Shown here piece by piece: positions 63,845 to 64,000 of a stretch of 64,000 nucleotides of DNA. The stretch lies in contig CBDHHL010000032.1 in the NCBI GenBank assembly GCA_965263355.1, positions 640,001 to 704,000 on the forward strand, read 5' to 3'. Position numbers and translations under genes: made by a program. Below the pieces are notes generated by a model. The model was given only the letters and a program-made list of their open reading frames with translations. It was not told where the DNA came from and ran no database searches. Origin of the DNA: Leptolyngbyaceae cyanobacterium (GTDB lineage Bacteria; Cyanobacteriota; Cyanobacteriia; Phormidesmidales; Phormidesmidaceae). Every line of letters begins with the position of its first letter. Position 1 is the stretch's first letter.

Positions 63845-64000
63845 GTGTCTTCGCACCCGCCAACTAAGCCTTTAAAGTCAGAAAGTAGCCCAACTCCCCC
63901 GTCGGGCTACGGTCCTCTGCTGATCACAATGATCATGTTTCTGGGAGTGAGTGGGGTACTGTTCCACTGGTCATCCCCAAATATCCATTGGCCCTATCGC
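63845..64000 (+). CDS. Possible 5' end of a membrane/exported protein running out of the window
   Basis: Open frame from GTG 63845: VSSHPPTKPLKSESSPTPPSGYGPLLITMIMFLGVSGVLFHW..., with a hydrophobic stretch. Confidence 0.35.
   Translation, partial: MSSHPPTKPLKSESSPTPPSGYGPLLITMIMFLGVSGVLFHWSSPNIHWPYR

Overview
Chromosomal window from a cyanobacterium (psbX, ycf66, ftn2/zipN, xisH/xisI, DUF928, roughly 20 HIP1 GCGATCGC octamers; a filamentous Leptolyngbya-like lineage is my inference). Most of it is housekeeping: pyrH-frr, rlmN, pdhAB, secDF, uvrC, secA, ygfZ, arfB, transporters and GNATs. No rRNA, tRNA, CRISPR array or transposase was recognised. The main lead is two CHASE2-receptor loci that share a peptide motif. 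Locus A (12.8-15.9 kb) is response regulator, CHASE2 histidine kinase, then a 60-codon gene for a predicted secreted peptide ending in PTGRTGSSTR-stop. Locus B (56.1-61.4 kb) is a predicted exported TPR-CHAT (caspase-like) protease, a predicted exported DUF928 protein carrying the same motif internally (PNNTVSGASR|GSC), and a CHASE2-GGDEF cyclase. I hypothesise an Arg-terminated peptide ligand for CHASE2 receptors, encoded ready-made in A and released by proteolysis in B. Also found: three decayed genes, several small genes absent from the ORF track, REP-like palindromes and a FIST/histidine kinase pair. All calls are by motif recognition only; no database searches were run.
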